DNA from: a virus
DNA length: 60,341 nucleotides
Reading direction: 5' to 3' (one strand)
Virus record (IMG/VR): IMGVR_UViG_3300045391_002463
The notes below the pieces were generated by a model. That model was not told the origin of the DNA. It ran no database searches and saw only the letters and a program-made list of their open reading frames with translations. The translations under genes were made by a program, and so were the position numbers. Positions 23,344 through 32,710 of the stretch are shown in pieces. Each line of letters starts with the position of its first letter. The stretch's first letter is position 1.

Positions 23344-26300
23344 CAGGCAGGCACCTTCAGTTCGGTCTGGATGGAGTCGCCGTCACGGCTGACGCGCAGG
23401 AACAGGTCGCGGATGTTCTTGAGGAAGCCCTGGCCGACCTTGGCCTCGGTGCGGAAGCCCCGCAGTTCCGCCTCGATGCTCTCCAGGCGGTCGACGACCG
23501 CACCCCAGCCGCCGTTGTCGTTCATGGCCCGCACGCCGAGCGAGCCATCCGGCCCGCGGTGCAGCGGCATGATCGCTTCGGACCCCGCCTCGCCCATCAG
23601 GCCCATGTCGAACAGGGTCGGGCTGCTGACCACGCCGTTGGTGAAGGCGGCGCCCTTGGCGAACGGCCGCACCGGGCGGTTCTCCAGCATGCCGGAATGT
23701 TCCCACTGGAACTGGCCGAAGCCGGCGACGGTCGGCTGCAGTCCGGCGGCCTGGATGGTCTGCTGCCAGACCGGGTTGTCCTTCACCGAGTTGTAGGAGG
23801 CCAGCAGGTCCGGGCTCTGCTGGACGTAGGCGGCGTAGTCGCCATGGGTCGAGGTGTAGGAGCCGCCGCCTGGATTGGACGCCGCAGGCGTGGTCGTCGG
23901 CGCCGTGGCAGCGACCCCCGCTTGGGCCGTCAAGGCGGCCTGCAAGTTCGCGACTGCCTGGGCCACCGTCAGGACGCTCTGGTTGACCGTCTGTAGGCCG
24001 CCGACCTGGGCGTTGGCCACGTCGAGTTGCTGTTGCGCGATCGAGACTTGGCTGTCGGCCTGGGCCTTCGCCGCAGTCGCGGACTGGCGGGCGAAAGCAA
24101 GATCGCGATCGTAGGAGGCCTTGTCCGGCGCGAAGGCCTTGGCGGCGTCGAGGAACGCCTGAACGCCCCCTTGGACATCGCCGAGCGCCGAGGTGTCGCC
24201 GGTCGTCACGCGGGAGTTGATCCCGGCGAGCTGAGACTTGGTGAGCGCGAACTGGCGCGCCGGGTCGTTCATCGCCGCATCGCCGGTCAGCAGGCTCTGC
24301 AGCAGATCGGCGAGATTGTCCGAGGCAGACTTTGCCGCGTTGGCGATGTCGGACAGGGCGCTTGCCGCCGTCGAGACGTTGTCGTTCGCCGCCGAGATGG
24401 CGGTGTTGTAGTCCTGCCAGGCGTACGTCTGCTTCTTGATCGCCGCAGTCGCGTCATCGAGGCCCTGCAGCTCCTGGCGACGCTGTTCCTCAAGGCCCTT
24501 CTGGGCCTGGCCCGAGGCGGAATAGAACTCGAGGATGGCGCTCGAATAATTCTGGGTCGACTGCTGCAGGATGGCGTAGGCCGCGGCCGTCGTCGTCGCC
24601 AGGTCGGCCAGCTGTTGCTTGGCCGCCGCCTTGGCCGCATCGTCGTGGGCAGTGGAGAGGCCGAACAGGTTGAACTTGGCGATCAGGAACCCACCGAGGC
24701 CGCCGGCGAAGGGTGACGTTTCGTTGGCCACCTTCTTGTCGCCACCGAAGGCCGAGGTCAGGGCATTGCCCAACGCCTGGCTGAGCTGCATGGCCGCCGC
24801 AATTTCGGGGACCACGCTGCTCAACTGGCCGATCATGCCGGCGAAGCCTTGCATGCCCAGCGCATTGGCCGCCGTTCCCATGGCGTTGAGCAGGTTCGCC
24901 GAGGCGTTGACGTAGTCGCCTTTGTTAAAGGCCGACGACATGCTGTCGAGCGAACCGGTGATCTTGTTGTAGGACTGCAGGAAGGTGTCCTGGGCGGCCT
25001 TGGTCTGGTTGGCCTGCACCTTCTCCAGCGCCGCGAGATCGGCCCGGGCCTGGGCGATGGCGACCTGGTTGTGGGTCGCCTCAACCGCCGCCAGCGCCTC
25101 CTGCGCCTTGCTCGTGGCGATCTGCTGCTCGACGGCCAGGATCTGCTTGTCCAGCGTGTCGCGCTGGAAGCCGTACTCCAGTGTGTCCTTCTGGCTCGAC
25201 AGGATTTCGGCTTGGTTTTGCAGGGCGTCCTGCTGAACGCCAGCCTGCTGGTGGATCAGGTCCACCACCTTCTGCTGGTCGATCAGCTGCTGCTTGTAGC
25301 CGTGCGCGCTGTTGATGGCGTCGATCTGGACCTGCGCGGCCTTAGCCTGTGCCTCGGTGGCCTGGCCGAGCTTGGCCGAGGCGATCACCTTCTGCTGCTC
25401 GGCGATAGCGCTCTGATCGGCCAGGTTCAGCAGCGTCGTCTCGATCTTGGCGCGCTCGCTGATGTCCGTGACCAGGGCCTGCTGGGCGTCGAGGATCGAG
25501 GTGGCCGCGGAGTTCTGGGCGATGGCGAGGTCCGCGGCCTGCTGCTGCAGCTTGTCCTGCGTCTGCAGGTCGATCTGCTTAGCGCGATCGGCGTTGGCCT
25601 GAGCGTTGATGCCGGCGGCGCGCCGCATTGCGCCAGCGATGGCGCCACGCTGCGCGTCATTCAGGCTCTTGTCGAGGTTGAGGTCGATGATCTGCTGCTG
25701 CAGTCGCGCCTGGTCGGCGGCGGTCTGGTAGCGCAGGGCCTGCTTCTGCAGGTCTGCCTGCTTGACCACGTCGGCGGTCAGTCCGGCCTCCGCCTGGGCG
25801 CGAGCCGCCAGCGCTTGCAGCACGGCTGCCTGCTGCGCCGAGGTCTGGCTCTGGGCGGCGAGCGGATCGCCGATGTCGCCGAGGGGGCCGAGCGTCTTGA
25901 CGTGCTCCTGGTCCTTCTGGAACGACAGCCGGGCCATCTGGTCGACGGTGTCGGCGATGGCCCCTTGCGACATGCCCGGAGAGACGCCGAAGCCCATTGA
26001 GCGGAGCCGCAGGCCCTCGGCGTTCTTGTCGAGCACGCCTTTCAGGTCGTTGATCTGGTCGTCCAGGGTCTTCGGCTTGCCGAGGCCGAGCAGCTTGTCC
26101 CACATCGACGAGGCCGCCTCGCCGACCTTGTGCAGGGCGGTCTCGATGTAGCCGTATTGGACGACGTGTTTCTGGATCGCGCTGTTGGCGTCACGGAAGA
26201 ACAGCAGTTGGGCCTCGTGCCACTTCCCCTCTTCCTCAAGCTTGGCGATCTCGTCGACCTGGGCCTGGGTGAGGTCGTGGTAGGACTGGACGTGCTTGAT

Positions 26301-27557
26301 CGCGAAGGCCGTCACGCCGTCCCTCATCGAGGCGAACGAGGCGACGACCTTGCTGGCGTCCTGGCCGGAAAGCTCGGCGAACTTCTGCGAGTAGGTCGCG
26401 GCCTCTTGCAGGGCCTGGCCAGAAAGCTGGCCCTGCTCGACCAAGGCCATGACCATGCTCTTGGTCGCGCCCACGGTCGTGTCGGTCGCCGCGGCTATCC
26501 GGCGGGCCATGCTCTCGAAGTTGTTGGCCGTGACGCCCGAATAGCCGTTGGTCACGGCCAAGGCGTTGTTCAGCGCGGCGAACTCCTGCCGTCCCCGCAG
26601 CACGGCTGTAGCCAACGTGCCGAAGATCGCGGCGATCGCGCCGAAGCCGAGCAACCCGGGCAGGAACCTCAGCACTGCCGACAGGGCGCCGCCGAACCCG
26701 TTTGGGCCCATGCCAAGGATCTGCACGATTTGGCCGCCCTGCTGGATCGTGGTGCGGAACACGCCTTGCCCCGACAGCAGGCCCTGGACGATGTCGGGGA
26801 TTTGCAGCGCGACCATGCGCCCTTGGAAGGCGGTCAGGCCCATCGCGCCGGCCAGGGCCTCGTGATCGGTCTTCGACTGCTTCAGCGCGCCGCCCTGCAG
26901 GCCGAGAACGGCCGTGACGTTCGAATGAGCGATGGCCGCCTTGCGCGTCTCTTCCGCCTCGGCCGCGGTCTGCTTGCCGAGGTTCATCAGGGCTGTGGCA
27001 TTGGCCTGGGCTGCGCCGCCTTGAGCCGCGGCGCCGCTGGACGCGCCAACCCCGACCTGAGCCCTGAGCGCGGTCTGCTGCTGTTCGATCGCCTCGGCCA
27101 TGTCGCGGTAGGCGCTGGCCTGGCGCTCGACGGAGGCGACGACGGCGGCCGATCCCGACACGGCCTGGGCCTGGGTCTGCGCCAATTGGCCCGATGCGGC
27201 GGCGGTGGCGCTGATCCCTTGCTTCAGCGGCGTGTATGTCGCCGTGATGCGGATGTTGGCCGTCGACAGGGCTTGGGTGGCCGCCGCAGCAGCCGTCTGG
27301 GCCTGGGCCCCGGCCTGGGCCGCCTGGGTGGCCTGAAGCTGGGCCTGTTGGAGCTTCACCAACTCGCCGACCTGCGCCTGGATGGCCTGGACGTGCTTGA
27401 GTAGCATCGCCGAGGCCTTGTCCGAGCTGCCGGCAAGGGCGTCAGTCGCCTTCTGCGCCTTGCCGGCGTTGCCCTGGAGGTCGTTCAGGCCCTTGTTGGC
27501 CTGGTCTACACCCTGACTCTCGACGCGGAGGCCGAGAGTGGCGATGTCGTCAGCCAT
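23343..27557 (-). CDS. tail tape measure protein
   Basis: Start at ATG 27557 with AAAGGAGG upstream. About 1404 aa, Ala/Gln-rich and helical, downstream of the chaperone pair. It lies inside track ORF 23343..27689. Confidence 0.9.
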   Translation of the reverse strand: MADDIATLGLRVESQGVDQANKGLNDLQGNAGKAQKATDALAGSSDKASAMLLKHVQAIQAQVGELVKLQQAQLQATQAAQAGAQAQTAAAAATQALSTANIRITATYTPLKQGISATAAASGQLAQTQAQAVSGSAAVVASVERQASAYRDMAEAIEQQQTALRAQVGVGASSGAAAQGGAAQANATALMNLGKQTAAEAEETRKAAIAHSNVTAVLGLQGGALKQSKTDHEALAGAMGLTAFQGRMVALQIPDIVQGLLSGQGVFRTTIQQGGQIVQILGMGPNGFGGALSAVLRFLPGLLGFGAIAAIFGTLATAVLRGRQEFAALNNALAVTNGYSGVTANNFESMARRIAAATDTTVGATKSMVMALVEQGQLSGQALQEAATYSQKFAELSGQDASKVVASFASMRDGVTAFAIKHVQSYHDLTQAQVDEIAKLEEEGKWHEAQLLFFRDANSAIQKHVVQYGYIETALHKVGEAASSMWDKLLGLGKPKTLDDQINDLKGVLDKNAEGLRLRSMGFGVSPGMSQGAIADTVDQMARLSFQKDQEHVKTLGPLGDIGDPLAAQSQTSAQQAAVLQALAARAQAEAGLTADVVKQADLQKQALRYQTAADQARLQQQIIDLNLDKSLNDAQRGAIAGAMRRAAGINAQANADRAKQIDLQTQDKLQQQAADLAIAQNSAATSILDAQQALVTDISERAKIETTLLNLADQSAIAEQQKVIASAKLGQATEAQAKAAQVQIDAINSAHGYKQQLIDQQKVVDLIHQQAGVQQDALQNQAEILSSQKDTLEYGFQRDTLDKQILAVEQQIATSKAQEALAAVEATHNQVAIAQARADLAALEKVQANQTKAAQDTFLQSYNKITGSLDSMSSAFNKGDYVNASANLLNAMGTAANALGMQGFAGMIGQLSSVVPEIAAAMQLSQALGNALTSAFGGDKKVANETSPFAGGLGGFLIAKFNLFGLSTAHDDAAKAAAKQQLADLATTTAAAYAILQQSTQNYSSAILEFYSASGQAQKGLEEQRRQELQGLDDATAAIKKQTYAWQDYNTAISAANDNVSTAASALSDIANAAKSASDNLADLLQSLLTGDAAMNDPARQFALTKSQLAGINSRVTTGDTSALGDVQGGVQAFLDAAKAFAPDKASYDRDLAFARQSATAAKAQADSQVSIAQQQLDVANAQVGGLQTVNQSVLTVAQAVANLQAALTAQAGVAATAPTTTPAASNPGGGSYTSTHGDYAAYVQQSPDLLASYNSVKDNPVWQQTIQAAGLQPTVAGFGQFQWEHSGMLENRPVRPFAKGAAFTNGVVSSPTLFDMGLMGEAGSEAIMPLHRGPDGSLGVRAMNDNGGWGAVVDRLESIEAELRGFRTEAKVGQGFLKNIRDLFLRVSRDGDSIQTELKVPA

Positions 27558-27559
27558 GC

Positions 27560-28368
27560 TCAGCCTCCTTTCGGTTTTCGGCCCATGAGGCCGCGGAACA
27601 GGGCCTTGAGGCCCGTGGGGTTGGACACGGGGATCGCGCCATCGGCGGTCTTCTCGCGGCCCTTGGGCTTGGTGATCTGGCCGGCCCACACCGTGATCAC
27701 GGCGTCATCGACGCGCATGAGCAGGTCCGCCTCCCAGGCCGAGAAGTGGACCAGGGCCTTGCGCTCGAAAGCCTCGAGCTCGCAGTAGGTCAGGGGATTA
27801 GCCGCCATCCCGGCCTGCCGGCGGCGGGATAGGCGACCGTAGAAGTCCCACAGGTAGCGAAGCTCCAACGGGAACTCCGGCAGATCGTCGGGCTTGACGT
27901 TCTTCCGGCTGGAGGCCTCGGCGTAGGCGATCAGGTCGCCGGCGAGGCCTTCATAAAACGGGCGCGCTCGGTCATCGCCGTGTCGAGCTGATCTCGGATG
28001 ACCTGAAGCTTGCGGTTGGAATACAGCTTGTTCACCGCCGCCGCGTTGAACGGTACCTTGCCTTCGCCCAGTCCGGGATCGATGCCAGGCACGAGCTTGG
28101 AGGGGGTGATGTTCCAGCCGGTCGTGCACTTCACCAGCAGCGAGACAGCTTGGGCGTCCATCGTCTCGGAAGTGAGTTGCACGCCGCGCGCCCCCTGCTT
28201 CATCCGCAGGTTACCCGTGGCGTGCTTGGCGGCCACGCACACGTCGGAGTCGACGCCGAGCACAGTGATGGTCATCGGCGTGCCGTCTTCGTTGTAGAGC
28301 GGCGTGCCGTCGATGCCAGCGAGCTCGACTTCGGCGCCGTCGTCGGGGGAATAGACTTTCTCGGTCAT
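27560..28368 (-). CDS. tail assembly chaperone frameshift product (GT-like, -1 frameshift near 27955-27960)
   Basis: Track ORF 27560..28129 is in the -1 frame relative to 27931..28368 and overlaps its 3' end. A CGTTTTA run (TTTT at 27955-27958) lies at the overlap. Confidence 0.6.
27931..28368 (-). CDS. tail assembly chaperone (G-like)
   Basis: 145-aa track ORF between the tail tube and tape measure genes. Confidence 0.75.
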   Translation of the reverse strand: MTEKVYSPDDGAEVELAGIDGTPLYNEDGTPMTITVLGVDSDVCVAAKHATGNLRMKQGARGVQLTSETMDAQAVSLLVKCTTGWNITPSKLVPGIDPGLGEGKVPFNAAAVNKLYSNRKLQVIRDQLDTAMTERARFMKASPAT

Positions 28369-28382
28369 GGGGATGTCCTTGC

Positions 28383-28411
28383 AAAAGGACGCTCAGGCGC
28401 GACCTGAGCGT
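28383..28411 (-). terminator. rho-independent (partial) terminator after the tail tube gene
   Basis: 9-bp stem ACGCTCAGG / CCTGAGCGT with a 5-nt loop, followed on the minus strand by CCTTTTGC. Confidence 0.6.
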
Positions 28412-28462
28412 TAAAGGTTGGGAGGAAGCTGTTCTGTTGTTGGGCTGGAAAGCGGCGGCCGG

Positions 28463-28951
28463 CTACGGCCCGCTCACCGCCTCGGAGAGGACTTCGACCG
28501 GCTCGGAGACGATGCCGGTGACGAAGGTCCGCTTGATCACGGTGTTGTTGTCGCCGGGGTTCAGGCGCTTCGACATGACCCGGGCCCGGTAATAGAACGT
28601 GCTGTCGGTGTCGTTGGCGTCGGCGGCGTCGGCCAGGACCACCTTGAAGGGGTACTCGAAGTTGGTCCCCTCGGCGGCGATCATGGCGTTCTGGCCAGCG
28701 TTCAGCGGGTCGTGGATGCAGGTGATCGTGACGTCGCCGGCGTCCTTGCCGCCCTTGGACTTCTTCACCCGGCCGTCGGCCAGGGTCATGTAGGTCACCG
28801 ACTGGGCGCTGTCGCCGAACTCGCTGATGCTCTCCACCGAGCCGATCTCGGTGTAGCTGAGCGCGGCATAGGCCGACTCGTCGTCGGCGGTGCTGTTCGC
28901 CGCCGTGCCGATGTAGATGCGGGCGCCTGCGCCCGTGCTGCCTTCCGCCAT
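28463..28951 (-). CDS. major tail (tube) protein
   Basis: 162-aa track ORF (MAEGSTGAGARIYIGT...), called from its position and size. Confidence 0.7.
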   Translation of the reverse strand: MAEGSTGAGARIYIGTAANSTADDESAYAALSYTEIGSVESISEFGDSAQSVTYMTLADGRVKKSKGGKDAGDVTITCIHDPLNAGQNAMIAAEGTNFEYPFKVVLADAADANDTDSTFYYRARVMSKRLNPGDNNTVIKRTFVTGIVSEPVEVLSEAVSGP

Positions 28952-29022
28952 GGGAGGAGGCTCCTTCGCTGTTGTGGATGAAGCCGGCGCCCATCTCGGC
29001 GGTGAAGGGCGGTCCTAGGCGG

Positions 29023-29451
29023 CTAGGCCGTCCAGGGAATGGTGACCGGGAAGGAGACCCGGTCGGTGTCGGTGATCGGCGCCGCGGCCCACGGGTTGCC
29101 GCTGACCTTGACCCGGGTCGAGCCGCTGACCAGCGCCAGGCCGTTCGGGAAGTGGTCGATGACCGCCTGCACAACCTGCGCCGGCTTGATCAGGCCTTGG
29201 TTCCTCGGCCAGACGACAGAGACCTGCAGCAGGCCTTGGTCGACGCGGCCGCTCGACAGCCCCTCGGCCGCCGGGCGGTTCGGGAAGTAGCTGACGGCCA
29301 GGTACTTGCCGTCGGCGGGCGGCGCGAAGGTGGTCGATGGCTCCGGGTAGGCCACGCGCGCGCCGGCGCCGAGAAGGGTGGTCAGGTCGAGGGCCGCGAT
29401 CCGCGCCAAGAGGGTGTCGAGGATCTGGGCGGCTTTGCCGGTCGCGCTCAT
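29023..29451 (-). CDS. tail terminator / completion protein (putative)
   Basis: Start at ATG 29451 (ATGA overlap) inside track ORF 29023..29616. Confidence 0.5.
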   Translation of the reverse strand: MSATGKAAQILDTLLARIAALDLTTLLGAGARVAYPEPSTTFAPPADGKYLAVSYFPNRPAAEGLSSGRVDQGLLQVSVVWPRNQGLIKPAQVVQAVIDHFPNGLALVSGSTRVKVSGNPWAAAPITDTDRVSFPVTIPWTA

Positions 29452-29915
29452 TCGCCGTTCCTCGTCTGGGCTTCCTTGCACACCTCCGAGACGATGCGCG
29501 GCCACTGCTGCACCGCCAGGTCGCGGAACTTGTAGCCCTTCTGGTTGTACTCGCGGCCCAGGCTGTCCTTGCCGACGAAGCCGTAGTTCATCCGGGCGGC
29601 ATAGGCCGCGGTCCACATCGCCGTGATCGTATCCTCGATCTTGGCGTTGGAGATGGTCAGGGCGGCCGCGCTGGCGTCATAACTGGGGACCGCGCCATCC
29701 GCCGCAGGCTTGATCGCCGCGAACTGCACCGCGCCGATCCCGACCTTGAGCGAGGCGCGCAGGAAGCCGGTCTTGAACGGCAGGTTGCCGCCCTCCCCGA
29801 CTGTCGTGTTGGCGACCGCCAGGACGCGCTGGGTGCTCTCGTCGCGCACGGCCTTCATCCGGCGCTGGGTCTTGGCGACCCAGGCCGAGACCTGCGCGTC
29901 GAAGCCCTGGGCCAT
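29448..29915 (-). CDS. HK97 gp10-like tail component
   Basis: 155 aa. NLPFKTGFLRASLKV resembles the gp10-family signature. Confidence 0.55.
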   Translation of the reverse strand: MAQGFDAQVSAWVAKTQRRMKAVRDESTQRVLAVANTTVGEGGNLPFKTGFLRASLKVGIGAVQFAAIKPAADGAVPSYDASAAALTISNAKIEDTITAMWTAAYAARMNYGFVGKDSLGREYNQKGYKFRDLAVQQWPRIVSEVCKEAQTRNGE

Positions 29916-29916
29916 G

Positions 29917-30954
29917 TCAGTCGAGACCGTCCAGAAACGAGATCGAATAATCGGCCATGCAGTGGCAGCCGAGCGTCTGGCTGGCCGGCGCGGAAGGATC
30001 GTGCGGATAGAGCATCTGCGTCCCGTCGGGGAGCACGAAGCGCTCGTTCAGGCTCACGCTCTTGCCGGCCATCTCTTCGTGCTGAACCCGCGGGTGCTCG
30101 TTGGCGAAGTGCCGCCACTTCTTGGTGATCGCGGAGGCCGCGACCTGCCCCGTGTCCGCCGCCTGCTGGAACGCCTCCTGCTTGGACGCGGCCAGGGCGC
30201 CGAACGCCTCGTGCTTGCCCAGCGTCTCGCCACGAAGTTGCAGCAGCCGGTTTTTGTAGCTCTGCACCGCCTTGCCCGCGATGTCCGCCGGCACCGGCTG
30301 GCCGCTGTCGATCGCCTTCTGCACGGTGCGGTCGAAGCGCTTGTCCCGGCGCGCCCGGGTCAGGTAGTTGCGCAGCTGGGCCGGATCTCCCGAGGCGAGC
30401 TCGTCGGCGGCGGTCCGCGCGAACTCCTCCTGCGGGCCGGTCAGGCCGATGGTCCCGCCTTCCCGCTTGCCCGTGGCCCGGTTGACCCGGCCGACGATGT
30501 CCAGCGCCACCGTCTTGGGGTTCTGGCCCTTCTGCATCCCGGCTGTGAGCGCCTGGCGGATGGCCGTGCGCTGGTCGTCGATGATGCGGGTGACCAGTTG
30601 ACTGGACTCGGTCTTGAGCCACTGCTCGGCGCGCGGGTTGCGGCCGTTGAAGCGGACCACGACAGCGGCGCCCTGAGGCGTCTTGATCGGCGGCATGGTC
30701 GATACTGCCGCCTGTCCGCCGGCCGTGTACGCCGCCGAGATGGCGTCCTGCAGCACGCCGAACGCCGCGGGGTCCAGGTGCATGGCCTGGATCGCCGCAT
30801 CGAGGTTGCCCGCCTCTATCGCGGCGGCGATGCGCTGCAGGTCGGCGTTATCCCGCAAGTCCTGCACGGCCGCCAGGAAGGCGTCGGCGATCTTCCGGCC
30901 ATGGCTGGAGAGCAGCTCTTGATAGAGCTGTTGGGCCTTCGTCGGCTTTGCCAT
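29917..30954 (-). CDS. Mu F / SPP1 gp7-like minor head protein
   Basis: 345 aa. It has TVALDIVGRVNRATGKREGG and a C-terminal WRHF...HPRVQHEEMAGKSV...CHC pattern. Confidence 0.6.
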   Translation of the reverse strand: MAKPTKAQQLYQELLSSHGRKIADAFLAAVQDLRDNADLQRIAAAIEAGNLDAAIQAMHLDPAAFGVLQDAISAAYTAGGQAAVSTMPPIKTPQGAAVVVRFNGRNPRAEQWLKTESSQLVTRIIDDQRTAIRQALTAGMQKGQNPKTVALDIVGRVNRATGKREGGTIGLTGPQEEFARTAADELASGDPAQLRNYLTRARRDKRFDRTVQKAIDSGQPVPADIAGKAVQSYKNRLLQLRGETLGKHEAFGALAASKQEAFQQAADTGQVAASAITKKWRHFANEHPRVQHEEMAGKSVSLNERFVLPDGTQMLYPHDPSAPASQTLGCHCMADYSISFLDGLD

Positions 30955-30957
30955 GGG

Positions 30958-31170
30958 TCAGGGGTTGGCGATCGCTCGGACGTGGGCGGCCGCCTCGGCC
31001 ATGTGATCGAGGTAGGCGTCGACGATCATCTGCGCCTCCTGGCGAAGCTGAGTCTGTTCGGCCTCGCTGGCCCCACGGATCACGGCAGCCTGGAGCGCTT
31101 GGCCTTTCGAGATCAGGTCGTAGATTGCGGCAGTCGCGAGCGCGGCGGCTTCTCTGTGGTTCTCGGCCAT
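30958..31170 (-). CDS. hypothetical protein
   Basis: 70-aa track ORF. Confidence 0.45.
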   Translation of the reverse strand: MAENHREAAALATAAIYDLISKGQALQAAVIRGASEAEQTQLRQEAQMIVDAYLDHMAEAAAHVRAIANP

Positions 31171-31358
31171 CAGTCGGCCGCCTGCAGTGCTGACAGCGCC
31201 GCTTGCAGGCCCGCCATGAAGCCGGCCTCATAGCCCATATCGTAGTCAGATGACGGGCCCTCAACCCACGCCGGGCGATCGGCACCCTCGATGCGAGCCT
31301 CGATCATGCGGCAGGCTTGCGCCATGCCGGGTTCGAGCGCTTCTGCCTCGACTGTCAT
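31170..31358 (-). CDS. hypothetical protein
   Basis: Start moved to ATG 31358 (ATGA overlap) within track ORF 31170..31379. Confidence 0.45.
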   Translation of the reverse strand: MTVEAEALEPGMAQACRMIEARIEGADRPAWVEGPSSDYDMGYEAGFMAGLQAALSALQAAD

Positions 31359-31738
31359 TTGCGTGCCTGCAAGGTCCACATGACGATGATACCAGCCGGA
31401 GCCAGCGTTTGGATACCCAGGCCATTGTCCGGGCCGATGATGCTGTGCTCCGCACCGCCGATGACCAGCTTGTCCGAGGGCGTCGGCTCGATCTGCAGAT
31501 CACCCTTGGCCAGCAGCACCTTCTTGTCGGTCGCCAGGACACGGCCGCCGGCGATCTCGCCGTTCGACCAGCCGATAACGGCGAAGGTGCACGGGTAGTC
31601 GGTTGGCGGCCCTATCTCCGGGTCGTACTCCGTTCCCGTGTTCACGCCCGGCCGGCGCAGGAAACCGGCCTGGCCGAAGCGTGTGATCAGGCGGTCGGCG
31701 GTCGCCTTGGAGCGGCTGTAGTCGAAGGCGTCAGGCAT
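31355..31738 (-). CDS. head-tail connector protein (putative)
   Basis: Start at ATG 31738 (MPDAFDYSRSKATADRL) inside track ORF 31355..31843. Confidence 0.45.
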   Translation of the reverse strand: MPDAFDYSRSKATADRLITRFGQAGFLRRPGVNTGTEYDPEIGPPTDYPCTFAVIGWSNGEIAGGRVLATDKKVLLAKGDLQIEPTPSDKLVIGGAEHSIIGPDNGLGIQTLAPAGIIVMWTLQARK

Positions 31739-31928
31739 GGAGCGGGCGAATGCGCAGGATGCCCTGGCCAGGAAAACGCACGAGGACAGCAGCGGTTCGG
31801 CCGTTAGTGGCCGACTCTCGGCCGGCGAGCATGTCCCGCACATATTCCCGCCAGTACACGGCGGTCCGATGGCTCCACGTCTCGCTGGCGCCGCCCTCGA
31901 ATTCTCGCGCGATCAGAACTGGGTTCAT
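31731..31928 (-). CDS. hypothetical protein
   Basis: Start at ATG 31928 (ATGA overlap) inside track ORF 31731..31946. Confidence 0.4.
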   Translation of the reverse strand: MNPVLIAREFEGGASETWSHRTAVYWREYVRDMLAGRESATNGRTAAVLVRFPGQGILRIRPLHA

Positions 31929-32710
31929 TGCGCCATCTCCAGCCACTCCGCATCGGGCTTACCTAGCCGAGACATAGTCCAGCCGCTCATGCTGCGCGTC
32001 CGGTCCTTGATCTCGTCGAAGGCCTCGTTGAAGCCGCCGCGGTAGATGTTGGCCGACTTCCAGGGCTTGGGATCGTCGAAGTGCGCGGCGTCGGCGCTCA
32101 GAGGCACGCCGCAGAGCACGGCGCGGTCGAAGCCCATGTCGATCAGCGCCACCTTCAGGGCATAGAGGCCCGAGGAGCCCACCTTGAACTGGCTCTTGAA
32201 GTGCGGGAGCGTCTGCTCCAGGCCGATCTGGGCCTTGTGCTTGGGCAGGCCCTGGCGGGCGCGCCAGGCGGCCCAGAGCTTGAACTTGTCGCTGTGCAGG
32301 CTGACCCAGGCATCCAGCACGCCCGGCCAATGGATGGCGGCGAGATTGCAGCCCACGGCGCCGTTGACGACGCCGAGGTCGAGCGCGGCCATCGCGTCAT
32401 CCCAGACGCAGCCGGCCGAGCCCAGGACCAAGGCCACGCCGCCTGACCGGCCTTCGCGCGGGACGATCCGATCGGCCAGACGCGCGGCGAGTTCGGGCGC
32501 CGGGTTGATCACGGCAGGCGGCTCGAGCACGGCGTCGATCCGCTCGACCTTCACGCCAGCATCCCTGTGCGCCTGCACCAGCGCTGGCCAGTGGCCGTGG
32601 ACGAGAACACGCTTCGCGTCAGGCTCGACGGACTGGAAGAACCTGGGATTGCGCTGCACCTGGCCGGGCTTCAGGGCCGTGCGATGCTGGGCGTAGACGA
32701 TCTCGACCAT
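31925..32710 (-). CDS. Rossmann-like protein, possibly DUF115/MptE-like (tentative)
   Basis: About 261 aa. VALVLGSAGCVWDD, AVGCNLAA...LDAWVSLHSD and SSGLYALKVALIDMGFDRAVLCGVPL resemble the layout of Maf/DUF115-type proteins. Confidence 0.35.
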   Translation of the reverse strand: MVEIVYAQHRTALKPGQVQRNPRFFQSVEPDAKRVLVHGHWPALVQAHRDAGVKVERIDAVLEPPAVINPAPELAARLADRIVPREGRSGGVALVLGSAGCVWDDAMAALDLGVVNGAVGCNLAAIHWPGVLDAWVSLHSDKFKLWAAWRARQGLPKHKAQIGLEQTLPHFKSQFKVGSSGLYALKVALIDMGFDRAVLCGVPLSADAAHFDDPKPWKSANIYRGGFNEAFDEIKDRTRSMSGWTMSRLGKPDAEWLEMAQ

